This document shows, piece after piece, positions 1-8,789 of a stretch of 64,000 nucleotides of DNA. The notes beneath the pieces were generated by a model that ran no database searches, was not told where the DNA came from, and worked only from the letters and a program-made list of their open reading frames with translations. The position numbers were made by a program, and so were the translations under genes. Origin of the DNA: Candidatus Nitrospinota bacterium M3_3B_026 (lineage in GTDB: Bacteria; Nitrospinota_A; UBA7883; JBPRGF01); contig JBPRGF010000033.1 in assembly GCA_051418015.1 (NCBI GenBank), positions 288,001 to 352,000 on the forward strand. Direction: 5' to 3'. The first letter of the stretch is position 1. Each line of letters starts with the position of its first letter.

Positions 1-1031
1 ATCCCGTCCTCCGGAAGGATCGGCGGCGCGACGCCTGTCTCCTCCCATTCATGGGAATCGGGCGACAGGGGCTCCGGCCGCTCCTCGGCGGCGGGGGAGG
101 GGGCTTGGGGGCCGTTTTCCGAAGTCCCCGCGCCGGGGGAAGGCGCCCTGATGGCTGATTTTTCAATCTCTTCCGGTTCGCCCACGAGAAGCATGTCGCG
201 TATCAACCCCTCGTCGTCGGCAGACTTGATCTCACGAAGCTTCGGCGGCAGGTCGGCCTTTTCGATGAAACTCTCGCCCTTCAGCACCACGAGGCGCTCT
301 ATCATGTGCTTGAGTTCACGAACGTTGCCGGGCCAGCCGTAGCTTTTCAATATGCCAAGCGCCTCCGGGCTCACGCCGCGGACGGAACGGTTTTTATCCC
401 TGTTGAAAGTCTTGAGGAAATGGCCTATCAGGAGGGCGATATCGTCGCCGCGATCGCGCAAGGGGGGAAGCTCTATCGGGATTACGTTCAGCCTGTAGAA
501 CAGGTCCTCCCGGAAGCGTCCGTTGGCTATGGCCTTTTCGAGGTCCTGGTTGGTGGCGGCTATGACGCGGGCGTCGACGTGAATCGTCTTCGCGCCGCCG
601 ACGCGCTCGAAACTGCGCTCCTGCAAAACCCTCAAAAGCTTCACCTGCAACGAAGGGCTCATATCGCCGATCTCGTCGAGGAAGATTGTCCCCTTGTCCG
701 CCAGCTCGAACTTGCCGATCCTCGTCCGGATGGCCCCGGTGAACGCCCCCTTCTCGTGGCCGAAAAGCTCCGACTCCAAAAGCTCCTCGGGGATGGCGCC
801 GCAGTTCACCGTCACCAGGGGGCCGTCGCGCCGATCGGAGTTTCTGTGTATATCGTTTGCTATCAACTCTTTGCCGGTACCCGACTCGCCTATCACAAGG
901 ACGGTGGAGTCGTTGTCGAGAAGGCGGGTGATGGTGTCGTACACCTCTTTCATGACGGGGCTTTCGCCGATGAAACGCGAAAAATCAGGAGCGGATATCG
1001 CCTTTTCAGGCTCGGCAAGTTCTATTGTCAT
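1..1031 (-). CDS. Sigma-54-dependent enhancer-binding transcriptional activator (AAA+), 3' end runs off the window
   Basis: Not in the ORF track. Manual translation from ATG at 1031 (GAGG RBS): MTIELAEP...FIGESPVM, Walker [24 protein letters not shown], Walker [24 protein letters not shown]. Confidence 0.95.
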   Translation of the reverse strand, partial: MTIELAEPEKAISAPDFSRFIGESPVMKEVYDTITRLLDNDSTVLVIGESGTGKELIANDIHRNSDRRDGPLVTVNCGAIPEELLESELFGHEKGAFTGAIRTRIGKFELADKGTIFLDEIGDMSPSLQVKLLRVLQERSFERVGGAKTIHVDARVIAATNQDLEKAIANGRFREDLFYRLNVIPIELPPLRDRGDDIALLIGHFLKTFNRDKNRSVRGVSPEALGILKSYGWPGNVRELKHMIERLVVLKGESFIEKADLPPKLREIKSADDEGLIRDMLLVGEPEEIEKSAIRAPSPGAGTSENGPQAPSPAAEERPEPLSPDSHEWEETGVAPPILPEDG

Positions 1032-1428
1032 ACACCCTCGAACCGCTTTTCGCTAATTCAACATACCCGTGGTTTATACAACGAAAACGCCCTGACTTCA
1101 AGTAAAATCTTAAGCTTCGAGCGTTAAAAACCTATTTTATCACGCTAAACCATCATAAGCATCGTACGAGCAAGGCTGTGCGCCGCGCCCTGCCTCGGTT
1201 ACATTCAATATAGATACCAATATCCGCCCATAAGGCGGCGAACGCCGGATCATGGGGATATCGTATTGATATTAAAAGACAAAAATTGCCGCCAAGCCTC
1301 CTGCGTCAGAGGCGAAACGGATAATTGCCGGGGCGCTCTGGCAACGCTGAGCGTCGTTTTTTTGTCGTATTTTGAAGTTTCCCGGATCGCCAGGGCCAGA
1401 TTTTTGACGTGGCTGGTGAATTTTCAGG

Positions 1429-3852
1429 TCAACCGGCTGAATCCGCGTAGGTGGTCCAGCGGATACTCTTTCCGTCCGTGGCCATTCTCACCTCGCCGTC
1501 CAGATCCGTCCTGAAAACTTTTAACCCCTTGTCTTTCAATCTGTTCAATGTCTCCCGGGCGGGATGGCCGAAGTGGTTGCCGTATCCCGCGCTTATCACC
1601 GCCGCCTTTGGGGCCACGGCGTTCAGGAACTCCGTCGAGGCGCTCGTCCTTGCCCCGTGGTGTCCGACTCTCAGGACATCGGCCTTGATGTCCATCCCTG
1701 AGCGCAGGAGCCTGTCCTCCGCCTCCTGCCCCATGTCCGCGGCGAAGAGTATTTTTATGTTTCCATAAACGAGCATGAGGGCGAGGGAGTTGTTGTTCGA
1801 TCCGTCCGAAATCGCCGCGCCTTCGCCTGGAGGATTCAGCGCCACCACTTTCACGCCTCCGGGGAACGTCAGCGCTTCACCTCGCCGCAGCGTCCTGTAG
1901 GCGCCGTTCATCAGGGCTTTCGCCCGGAGTTTTCCGTACTCGCCGCCGTCGTATGGTATCAGCCCGTTGTCCGCGATCAGCGCGGGCGGCGCCCTGTCCG
2001 CAAGGCCCGGCAGGCCGCGGATATGGTCCGCGTCGCCGTGGGTGGCGAACATGGCCGAGAGGGCTGTCCTTCCCTCCCGCCAGAGGGCTGGCGCGGCGAT
2101 GGAGCGGCCGATGTCGAAGGTTTTGTAGCTGTTTCCTCCGTCGATCACCAGCGCGCCCTCCGGCCAGACGGCGATCGAGCAGTCCCCCTGTCCCACGTCC
2201 AGGAATTTTACTACCAGCTCGTTGTCCAGCCTGTCCCCCAGCGGCCGGAACGCGAGCGCCGCCAGGAAGACCGGGACGGCCCCGGCCGTCGCCATCCTCC
2301 GCGCCGCGCCGGCCCGCATGAAAACGAAAAGAGCCATGATGACGTAAAAAAGACCCGCCGCCGCGGGGGGAACGGAGGGGATATGATGATATGACCCCGG
2401 CGCGGACTCAGCCGCCCTGGAGACAGCCACGAAGACCATCATCATCTTCTCCGCTATCAAGAGCATGGACTCAGATCCCGTTATCGCGGAAAAGAGCGTC
2501 CACGGCGCCGCCACGGAGGCGAAAGGCACGAGGGCGAAATTGATCATGAACCCATACACGGGAACCGTGTTGAAGTGATACGCCGCAAGCGGGGCGGAGG
2601 CGATGGAGGCCATGACGGAGGCGAGCAGGTACCCGGAGATGACCGGATATTTCCACGCGAGGCCTTTAAGGGACGGGCCGGAGAGCCTGTCGAGAGGCTC
2701 CCGCTCATCGTTCAATATCCGCTCCAGCAGGACGACCAGGAAAAAGACCGTCACGAACGACAACTGGAACCCGGCGTCGAAGAGCCCCCATGGCGTTGTG
2801 AGAAGTATGGCGAACAGCGCCGCGGCGAACGCGCCGTAAAAATCCCTCCCCCTGCCGATCATGACCGCCACGAGATAGATCGACACCATCACCGCCGCCC
2901 TGCGGGCCGAGAACATGGGATAGACGAGCGCCGCGTACCAGCCTACGGCCAGGAGGGCCGCCGCGGCCGCCACCTTCATCGGGACGCCCGCCGACGCCCA
3001 TCTGTATCTCAAAGGATAGACAACGAGGAAAAGGAGGACCCTCGCAGCGTGGTAGACGGCGAAGGCTATGAACCCCACGTGCAGGCCGGATATCGCCAGC
3101 AGATGGGCCGTCCCGGCCCGGGAGAAGGTGTCGCGCAGCCTCGGCGTCACAAGGCCGCGGTCGCCGACGGTCATGGCGCGGGCGACGGCCGTCACGGTCT
3201 TGTTTTCGAAGGTCAGGCGCGCAAGCATCCTGTGTCTTTGCTCTTCGATAGGCCTGCGGATGGAAAACTCCGATCCCGCTAAAAATACCTTGGAGCCGCC
3301 GCGGGTTGAGACCGTCGCGGCTATGCCCCTGTCCTTCATGTAGCGCTCATAGTCCCATCCGCCGATGTTCCTGTATCCCCTGATTTCCCTTATCCTCGCG
3401 CCGGTCAGGAGAACCCTGTCGCCTGGCAGGGGGTTGAAATCGAGCCCGCTTGCGTACCAGCGGACAAGGCCCGCGACCGGCTTTCCGTTCAGCGATTCGG
3501 CGCGCAACAGGTACCTTGTGTAGCCGTCGCGCACGGAGTCGGTCATCACGACTTTTCCCAAAAGGAGCGAGTCCCCGGCCGGGGCGAGGTTTGAGAGGTG
3601 GTGGGGCGGGAGAGGGGCGTGGTCGTGGCGCCATATCAGCGCGGCCCCTGCGAGAAAGGAGAGGGTCAGTACGAGCCTGAGGGCGTTCCCGGCCCTCGCC
3701 AGGGCGAAGAGCGCCCCCGCGGCGGCGAGGAGGAGGATCGCGGGATCGGCCTCGGAAACCCTGCCGAAAGCTATCCCCGCCGCCAGGAAAAAAGCGGCGA
3801 GAGCGAAAGGGGAATTCGCCAGGGACCGGCCCGCGCCGGGGCTTTTCGTCAT
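1429..3852 (-). CDS. comEC: DNA internalization competence protein ComEC/Rec2
   Basis: Multi-TM; AGTAHLLAISGLH competence motif; GFQLSF; C-terminal metallo-beta-lactamase domain (FLDVGQGD, THGDADH, HHGA, ISAGYGNHFGHP). Confidence 0.95.
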   Translation of the reverse strand: MTKSPGAGRSLANSPFALAAFFLAAGIAFGRVSEADPAILLLAAAGALFALARAGNALRLVLTLSFLAGAALIWRHDHAPLPPHHLSNLAPAGDSLLLGKVVMTDSVRDGYTRYLLRAESLNGKPVAGLVRWYASGLDFNPLPGDRVLLTGARIREIRGYRNIGGWDYERYMKDRGIAATVSTRGGSKVFLAGSEFSIRRPIEEQRHRMLARLTFENKTVTAVARAMTVGDRGLVTPRLRDTFSRAGTAHLLAISGLHVGFIAFAVYHAARVLLFLVVYPLRYRWASAGVPMKVAAAAALLAVGWYAALVYPMFSARRAAVMVSIYLVAVMIGRGRDFYGAFAAALFAILLTTPWGLFDAGFQLSFVTVFFLVVLLERILNDEREPLDRLSGPSLKGLAWKYPVISGYLLASVMASIASAPLAAYHFNTVPVYGFMINFALVPFASVAAPWTLFSAITGSESMLLIAEKMMMVFVAVSRAAESAPGSYHHIPSVPPAAAGLFYVIMALFVFMRAGAARRMATAGAVPVFLAALAFRPLGDRLDNELVVKFLDVGQGDCSIAVWPEGALVIDGGNSYKTFDIGRSIAAPALWREGRTALSAMFATHGDADHIRGLPGLADRAPPALIADNGLIPYDGGEYGKLRAKALMNGAYRTLRRGEALTFPGGVKVVALNPPGEGAAISDGSNNNSLALMLVYGNIKILFAADMGQEAEDRLLRSGMDIKADVLRVGHHGARTSASTEFLNAVAPKAAVISAGYGNHFGHPARETLNRLKDKGLKVFRTDLDGEVRMATDGKSIRWTTYADSAG

Positions 3853-3892
3853 TTCCCCATTCGCTGGCTCCTTTGCGAAAAAAGGCCTGGTC

Positions 3893-4852
3893 TCAGCCGG
3901 TGAAAGACCCGATTTTCCTGAACTTCTCCCGCCGGCTTCTCACCAGCTCATCGCCCGAGAGAGGCGAGAGTTGGTCTATGTTCCTTCTCAGGACCCTGCG
4001 CAGGATCGACGCCGCGGCTTTCGGGTTTCTGTGCGCGCCGCCGACCGGCTCTTTAACGATCTCGTCGATGACGCCGAATTTCACAAGATCCTGGGCGGTG
4101 AGGGCCAGCGCCTCGGCCGCCTCCTCCACCTTGTCGCAGTCATGCCACAGGATCGCCGCGCATCCTTCCGGGCTGATGACGGAATAGACGGCGTTTTCCA
4201 TCATCAACGTCCTGTTCCCCACGCCGAGGGCCAGCGCCCCGCCGGAGCCTCCCTCGCCGATCACCACGGAAATCACCGGTATCCTGAGCGAGGCCATCTC
4301 TTTCAGGTTGCGGGCGATCGCCTCCGCCTGGCCGCGCTCCTCGGCCCCCACGCCGGGGTAGGCGCCGGGCGTGTCCAGCAGCGTGACGACCGGGAGCCCG
4401 AACTTCTCGGCGAGTTTCATGAGCCGGAGCGCTTTTCTGTATCCTTCCGGCTGTGACATGCCGAAGTTCCTGTGGACGCGCTCTTTGGTGTCCTTGCCCT
4501 TCTGGTGACCCATTATTATGATCTTCCGCCCGTCGAGCCTTGCGAACCCGCCGACTATGGAGACCCCGTCGCCGAAAACCCTGTCGCCGTGCAGCTCGAT
4601 GAAGTCCGTCGTCATGCTCTCGATGTAATCCAGGAGCAGCGGGCGGTTCGGATGGCGGGCAAGACGCGCCCTCTGCCAGCGGGTGAGGTTGGAGAAAACC
4701 TCCCTTCGCTGCCTGTTGACTTTTCTGTGGAGCTTTTTTATCTCGGACGAGAAGTCCACGTTCTCGTCCCTTTTCGACAGCTCCTTGAGCTCCTCGATCT
4801 TGTTTTCGAGGAGGACTATCGGCTCTTCGAAATCCAGGTAGTTGATCGGCAT
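3893..4852 (-). CDS. accA: Acetyl-CoA carboxylase carboxyltransferase alpha subunit
   Basis: [51 protein letters not shown]. Confidence 0.98.
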   Translation of the reverse strand: MPINYLDFEEPIVLLENKIEELKELSKRDENVDFSSEIKKLHRKVNRQRREVFSNLTRWQRARLARHPNRPLLLDYIESMTTDFIELHGDRVFGDGVSIVGGFARLDGRKIIIMGHQKGKDTKERVHRNFGMSQPEGYRKALRLMKLAEKFGLPVVTLLDTPGAYPGVGAEERGQAEAIARNLKEMASLRIPVISVVIGEGGSGGALALGVGNRTLMMENAVYSVISPEGCAAILWHDCDKVEEAAEALALTAQDLVKFGVIDEIVKEPVGGAHRNPKAAASILRRVLRRNIDQLSPLSGDELVRSRREKFRKIGSFTG

Positions 4853-5001
4853 AGCAGCTATTGTCCCATAAACCTGCGTAAGTATAACAAATCACGGGCC
4901 GGCTGGAAGAGCCTCTTCTGGCCCGCTTGTGGCCCTCGCTGTTGACGCATCCATGACGTTTGGATATACTTGTCGTTCATTTTGAATTCAAGGTAGTCCA
5001 T

Positions 5002-6069
5002 ATGCCCTGGGACAATATAGGCGGCAAGGGGTCCCGCGGAGGCGGGTCCGGCGGGTTCGACAAGTTGCCGGAGATAGACCTCAACAAGTTCAAGCCGCCG
5101 CCCTTCAAGCCCACATACATTGTCGGTGTTATCTTCGCCATAGCCATCCTGTGGGGAGTCCTCGGCGGGCTTTACAGGGTTGAGCAACAGCAGCAGGGCC
5201 TGGTGCTGGTTTTCGGAGAGCATGTCTCCACCACCGCGCCGGGGCTTCACTGGAACTTTCCGCCTCCCATAGGGAGGGTGGTGAAAGTCTACACCGAGGA
5301 GATAAAGAGGGTGGAGATCGGTTTCAGAAGCGAGGGCGGCGCCTCTTCCCTGGTGCTTCAGAAAGAGTCGCTCATGCTCACGGAGGGGGCGAACATGATC
5401 GATATCCACATGTCCGTCCAGTACCAGGTGCGCGATCCCTTCCAGTATATCTTCGGAGTGGCGGACGAATACCGCATCCTGAGGGACAACGACCTGTTCG
5501 AGACCGTCAAGGGCGTGGCCGAGGCGGCCCTGCGCGAGGTTGTGGGCAAAAACAAGATCGACGACATCCTCACCGTGGGCAAAGCCGTGATCCAGCAGGA
5601 TATACACGACCTGATGCAGGAAGTCCTGGACAGGTACGGCGCCGGCGTCTCGGTGTTGCTGGTGCAGCTTCAGGACGTCAATCCCCCCGACCAGGTGCGC
5701 GACGCCTTCCGCGACGTCAACAACGCCGAGGAGGACAGGAACAGGCTGATCCGCGAGGCGGAAGGGTATTATAACAGCGTCATACCTGAAGCCCGCGGCG
5801 AGGCGGCCCAGATGGTGGCCGAGTCCGAGGCGTACCGGGAACAGAAGATAAAGGAGGCCGAGGGCGACGCGCTTCGCTTCAACGCCCAGCTCGCCGAGTA
5901 CATCAAGGCCCCGGAGATCACCAAAAAGAGGCTCTACCTTGAGACGATGGAGAAAGTCATGGCCAGGGTTGACAAGGTGATAATCGATGACGAGGTCGCC
6001 AGGCGCGCCCTGCCTTTGTTGAACCTTGGCGCCGGGGCGGGCCTTGGAGCAGGGGAGGGGACGAAATGA
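5002..6069 (+). CDS. hflK: FtsH protease modulator HflK (SPFH domain)
   Basis: Likely start MPWDN at 5002; single TM; PGLHW, QLQDVNPP, AF.DV, APEITKKRLYLETME; overlaps the hflC start. Confidence 0.93.
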   Translation: MPWDNIGGKGSRGGGSGGFDKLPEIDLNKFKPPPFKPTYIVGVIFAIAILWGVLGGLYRVEQQQQGLVLVFGEHVSTTAPGLHWNFPPPIGRVVKVYTEEIKRVEIGFRSEGGASSLVLQKESLMLTEGANMIDIHMSVQYQVRDPFQYIFGVADEYRILRDNDLFETVKGVAEAALREVVGKNKIDDILTVGKAVIQQDIHDLMQEVLDRYGAGVSVLLVQLQDVNPPDQVRDAFRDVNNAEEDRNRLIREAEGYYNSVIPEARGEAAQMVAESEAYREQKIKEAEGDALRFNAQLAEYIKAPEITKKRLYLETMEKVMARVDKVIIDDEVARRALPLLNLGAGAGLGAGEGTK

Positions 6070-6932
6070 TCCGGGCGTTGTCCGTGGCTGTCCCCATAGT
6101 CGCCCTGGCCGCCCTGTACGTGCTGATCGACTCCGCCTTCATTATCTACCAGAACGAGCAGGCCGTTGTGGTGGAGTTCGGAAAGTTCGTGCGGACCATC
6201 CACGAGCCCGGCCTGAGCTTCAAGAAGCCCTTCATCCAGAATGTGGTCAAGTACGACAACAGGCTCCTGGCCCACGACGTGGAGCCGACGGAGATCATCA
6301 CCAAGGACAAGCGCACGCTGGTGATAGACAACTTCGCCAAGTGGAGGATCACCGACCCGGAGCAGTTCTACAAGCGCGTGAAGACGCTGGCGGTGGCCCG
6401 GGCGCGGCTGCGGGACATCATATACTCCGAGCTGAGGCTCGATTTCGGCGGGCACGACCTGGAAGAGATAGTCACCACCCACCGGGCGGACCTGATGCGG
6501 GAGGTGACCGAGCGCTCCAGCGAAAAGGCGCTCAACCTCAACATGGGCGTGGAGATAATCGACGTCAGAATAAAGCGGGCCGACCTGCATCCCGACAACC
6601 AGCCGAACGTCTTCAACCGCATGAGGGCGGAGCGCAAGAGGATCGCCAACAAGTTCCGCTCCGAGGGCAAGGAGGAGGCGCAGAAGATACGCGCCAAAAC
6701 CGACAAGGAGAAGGTGATAATCCTCGCCGAGGCGCGCAAGAAGGCGCAGGAGATCCACGGGGAGGGCGACGCGAAAGCCATAAAGATCACCGCGGAGTCT
6801 TTCGGCAGGGACCCGGAGTTCTACGCCTTTATGCGTTCGCTGGAGGCCTACGAGCAGTCGATCCTGGAAAAGGACAGGATCATCCTGTCGCCCGCCAACC
6901 CCTTCCTGGAATATCTGGCGCCGGGACGCTAA
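6066..6932 (+). CDS. hflC: FtsH protease modulator HflC (SPFH domain)
   Basis: PGLSFKKPFIQ, ITKDKR, WRITDP, DVRIKR, RMRAER, DPEFYAFMRSLEAY. Confidence 0.95.
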   Translation: MIRALSVAVPIVALAALYVLIDSAFIIYQNEQAVVVEFGKFVRTIHEPGLSFKKPFIQNVVKYDNRLLAHDVEPTEIITKDKRTLVIDNFAKWRITDPEQFYKRVKTLAVARARLRDIIYSELRLDFGGHDLEEIVTTHRADLMREVTERSSEKALNLNMGVEIIDVRIKRADLHPDNQPNVFNRMRAERKRIANKFRSEGKEEAQKIRAKTDKEKVIILAEARKKAQEIHGEGDAKAIKITAESFGRDPEFYAFMRSLEAYEQSILEKDRIILSPANPFLEYLAPGR

Positions 6933-6957
6933 AGTTTCCCGCCCCCCTGTCCGTAAA
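6930..6957 (+). promoter_or_regulatory. Candidate sigma28 (FliA)-type promoter
   Basis: TAAAGTTT (6930-6937), 12-nt spacer, TCCGTAAA. Consensus is TAAAGTTT-N11-GCCGATAA, so the -10 matches only 5/8 and the spacer is 1 nt long. Confidence 0.35.
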
Positions 6958-6966
6958 TATAACCAA

Positions 6967-7070
6967 AGGCCCCGGATGGGCCTGTTAATAGCCGCTCAGG
7001 GAGCAGCGTATGAGCGGGCCTCGCGCCATTTTATGGCGGGCGCGAAGGTTTCAACAAGGATGTTGGAGGA
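6967..7070 (+). promoter_or_regulatory. Structured 5' leader with four hairpins, three with GGA in the loop (candidate CsrA/RsmA target)
   Basis: AGGCCC-cGGAt-GGGCCT (6967-6983); CCGCTCA-gGGA...-TGAGCGG (6992-7017); CGCCAT-ttt-ATGGCG (7024-7038); CAACA-AGGA-TGTTG (7052-7065) abutting RBS GGAGGA. Confidence 0.55.
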
Positions 7071-7077
7071 TGAAGCC

Positions 7078-7935
7078 ATGAGCATAGGATTGCCAAACAC
7101 GAAGATCGGCGGTGGACAGCTGGTCCAGCGGCCGGGTCTCGCCTCCCGCAGGCACAAGGTGGCGCCGTCCATCGCGGAGCAGGCCATATTTATCCCCAAA
7201 CCGCGCAAGCGTGTCGATTTCAAGATGAACGTCCCCGGCGGAGGAGATCCCATACCCCTTCCGGGATCGGGTAAAACAGCGGAGGCGAAGGTCGCCGACA
7301 GCATGACCCGCGGCGAACTGGGGCAGAACGGGCTGACCGCCAGATTCGGCAGGAATGCCTGGTCCGGCAGCCCCGCAGGTTACGTGAAGATGGAGGTGGA
7401 CCTGTCTCCCCAAAAACAGCACCACGTCATCGCCACCCAGGAGGAGGGAAGGCAGGTCAACCACGGCCAGGTCCACTTCACCCAGCAGTACGACACCTAC
7501 GGCAGGCCGCGCATAGGCTTCTCCCGGGAGCCTTACGATTTCGCCGCGACGAAGTATATGTCGATAACCAGCCAGGTCGCGTTCCAGAAAAATATCTCAG
7601 AGACGCGGGAAAACTTCGACAAATACCTGCTCAACGGCGCCGGAGGGGAGGAGGATCAGAAGGCCGCGGGGCAAAAGGAAAAATCCCCGGAGATACCGAT
7701 ATTCGGTTCCACCTCGTCTTTCGAGGACGACATGAAAAAGCTGGAGCCGGAGGATATGTTCCTCGGCCCGGAGCCGAAGGCGCTGAAAAAGCCTGTCGGG
7801 ATGTCAGCGGAGGAGGCTTTCAAGGCCCAGAGGGCAAAGAGCGGCGGAAAGGAGAGCGGTGACAGCGTCGCGGGAGCGGTCTTCAGCGGCGAGATCGACA
7901 CCGGATCGGTCAGGACGCTGGATGTCTCCGCCTGA
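7078..7935 (+). CDS. Hypothetical hydrophilic protein
   Basis: Long ORF with genome-like codon use; GGAGGA RBS 7 nt before ATG 7078 (ORF-track start 6976 is probably too long); no recognised domain; ends ...GSVRTLDVSA. Confidence 0.75.
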   Translation: MSIGLPNTKIGGGQLVQRPGLASRRHKVAPSIAEQAIFIPKPRKRVDFKMNVPGGGDPIPLPGSGKTAEAKVADSMTRGELGQNGLTARFGRNAWSGSPAGYVKMEVDLSPQKQHHVIATQEEGRQVNHGQVHFTQQYDTYGRPRIGFSREPYDFAATKYMSITSQVAFQKNISETRENFDKYLLNGAGGEEDQKAAGQKEKSPEIPIFGSTSSFEDDMKKLEPEDMFLGPEPKALKKPVGMSAEEAFKAQRAKSGGKESGDSVAGAVFSGEIDTGSVRTLDVSA

Positions 7936-7958
7936 CGCGGCGGCGTCCGGAAAAACGG

Positions 7959-8783
7959 TCAGGCCCCTTTTTTCCTGTAGACGCGCAGGCTCTCCCGCCA
8001 CGGCTCGAACCCTTGCGCTCCTTCCGGCAGGCGCTCGTGTTTTCCGATGACAAGCGCGCCGCCGGGGTAGAGTATCTTCGCGATCGCGCGGGACGCCTTC
8101 TCCTGCGCGGCGTCATCGTAATACGTGAACACGAGGTTTCTCAGCAGAACGAGATGAAATCTCCCCTCCGGCGTCTCGCTGCGTATGTCCTGCGCCAGAA
8201 ACTTCACGTTCCGGCGGAACCGGGGGCGGAGAACGTATATATTACCCCTTTTCTCAAAAGCCTTATCGGCCCACTCTTCCGGCAGTTCCTTAAGCGAGCT
8301 TTTTGGGTAGGCCGCTTCCCGGGCGCTGGCCAGCAGGCCGATGCCGGCATCCGTGGCGATGATCTCAAGATCGGCTCCGGGCGGCGCGTTCGGTCGGGCC
8401 TTGAGCTTCCAGACGATATTCAAAGTGTATGGCTCCTCGCCACGGCCGCAGCCCGCGCTCCACGCCCGGACAAGTCTTTGGCCTCTCGCCAGGGCGCGGG
8501 TGGCGAGCTCCGGCAGGACAGCCTCGCCCAGGAAACTGAAAACCTCCCGGTCGCGGTAGAACCTGGATATGGTGATTCGTAACATCGAGTCCAGCTCCGT
8601 CCATTCCGAGGGATTTTCGAGCAGCAGGGAACGGTAGGCGGCAGGGGAGGATAGCCCCAGCTCCTTCAGCCGGCGGGCCAGTCTTTTGCGGACCTGGCCG
8701 CGGACTTTGCGAAAACCAGGCCACCGCATGGAAAGCCTCGGCAGAGCCCACCTCAAAAACTCAACAAGTTCCTCGTCTCGCAC
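7959..8783 (-). CDS. cheR: CheR-family SAM-dependent methyltransferase (stand-alone)
   Basis: ITISRFYRD, RAWSAGCGRGEEPYT, IIATD, LLRNLVFTYYD, LVIGKHE. Confidence 0.88.
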   Translation of the reverse strand: MRDEELVEFLRWALPRLSMRWPGFRKVRGQVRKRLARRLKELGLSSPAAYRSLLLENPSEWTELDSMLRITISRFYRDREVFSFLGEAVLPELATRALARGQRLVRAWSAGCGRGEEPYTLNIVWKLKARPNAPPGADLEIIATDAGIGLLASAREAAYPKSSLKELPEEWADKAFEKRGNIYVLRPRFRRNVKFLAQDIRSETPEGRFHLVLLRNLVFTYYDDAAQEKASRAIAKILYPGGALVIGKHERLPEGAQGFEPWRESLRVYRKKGA

Positions 8784-8789
8784 GGCCTC

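Noticed and set aside
306..1127. 273-aa + strand ORF
   Set aside because: Antisense shadow of the sigma-54 activator, whose motifs are on the - strand.
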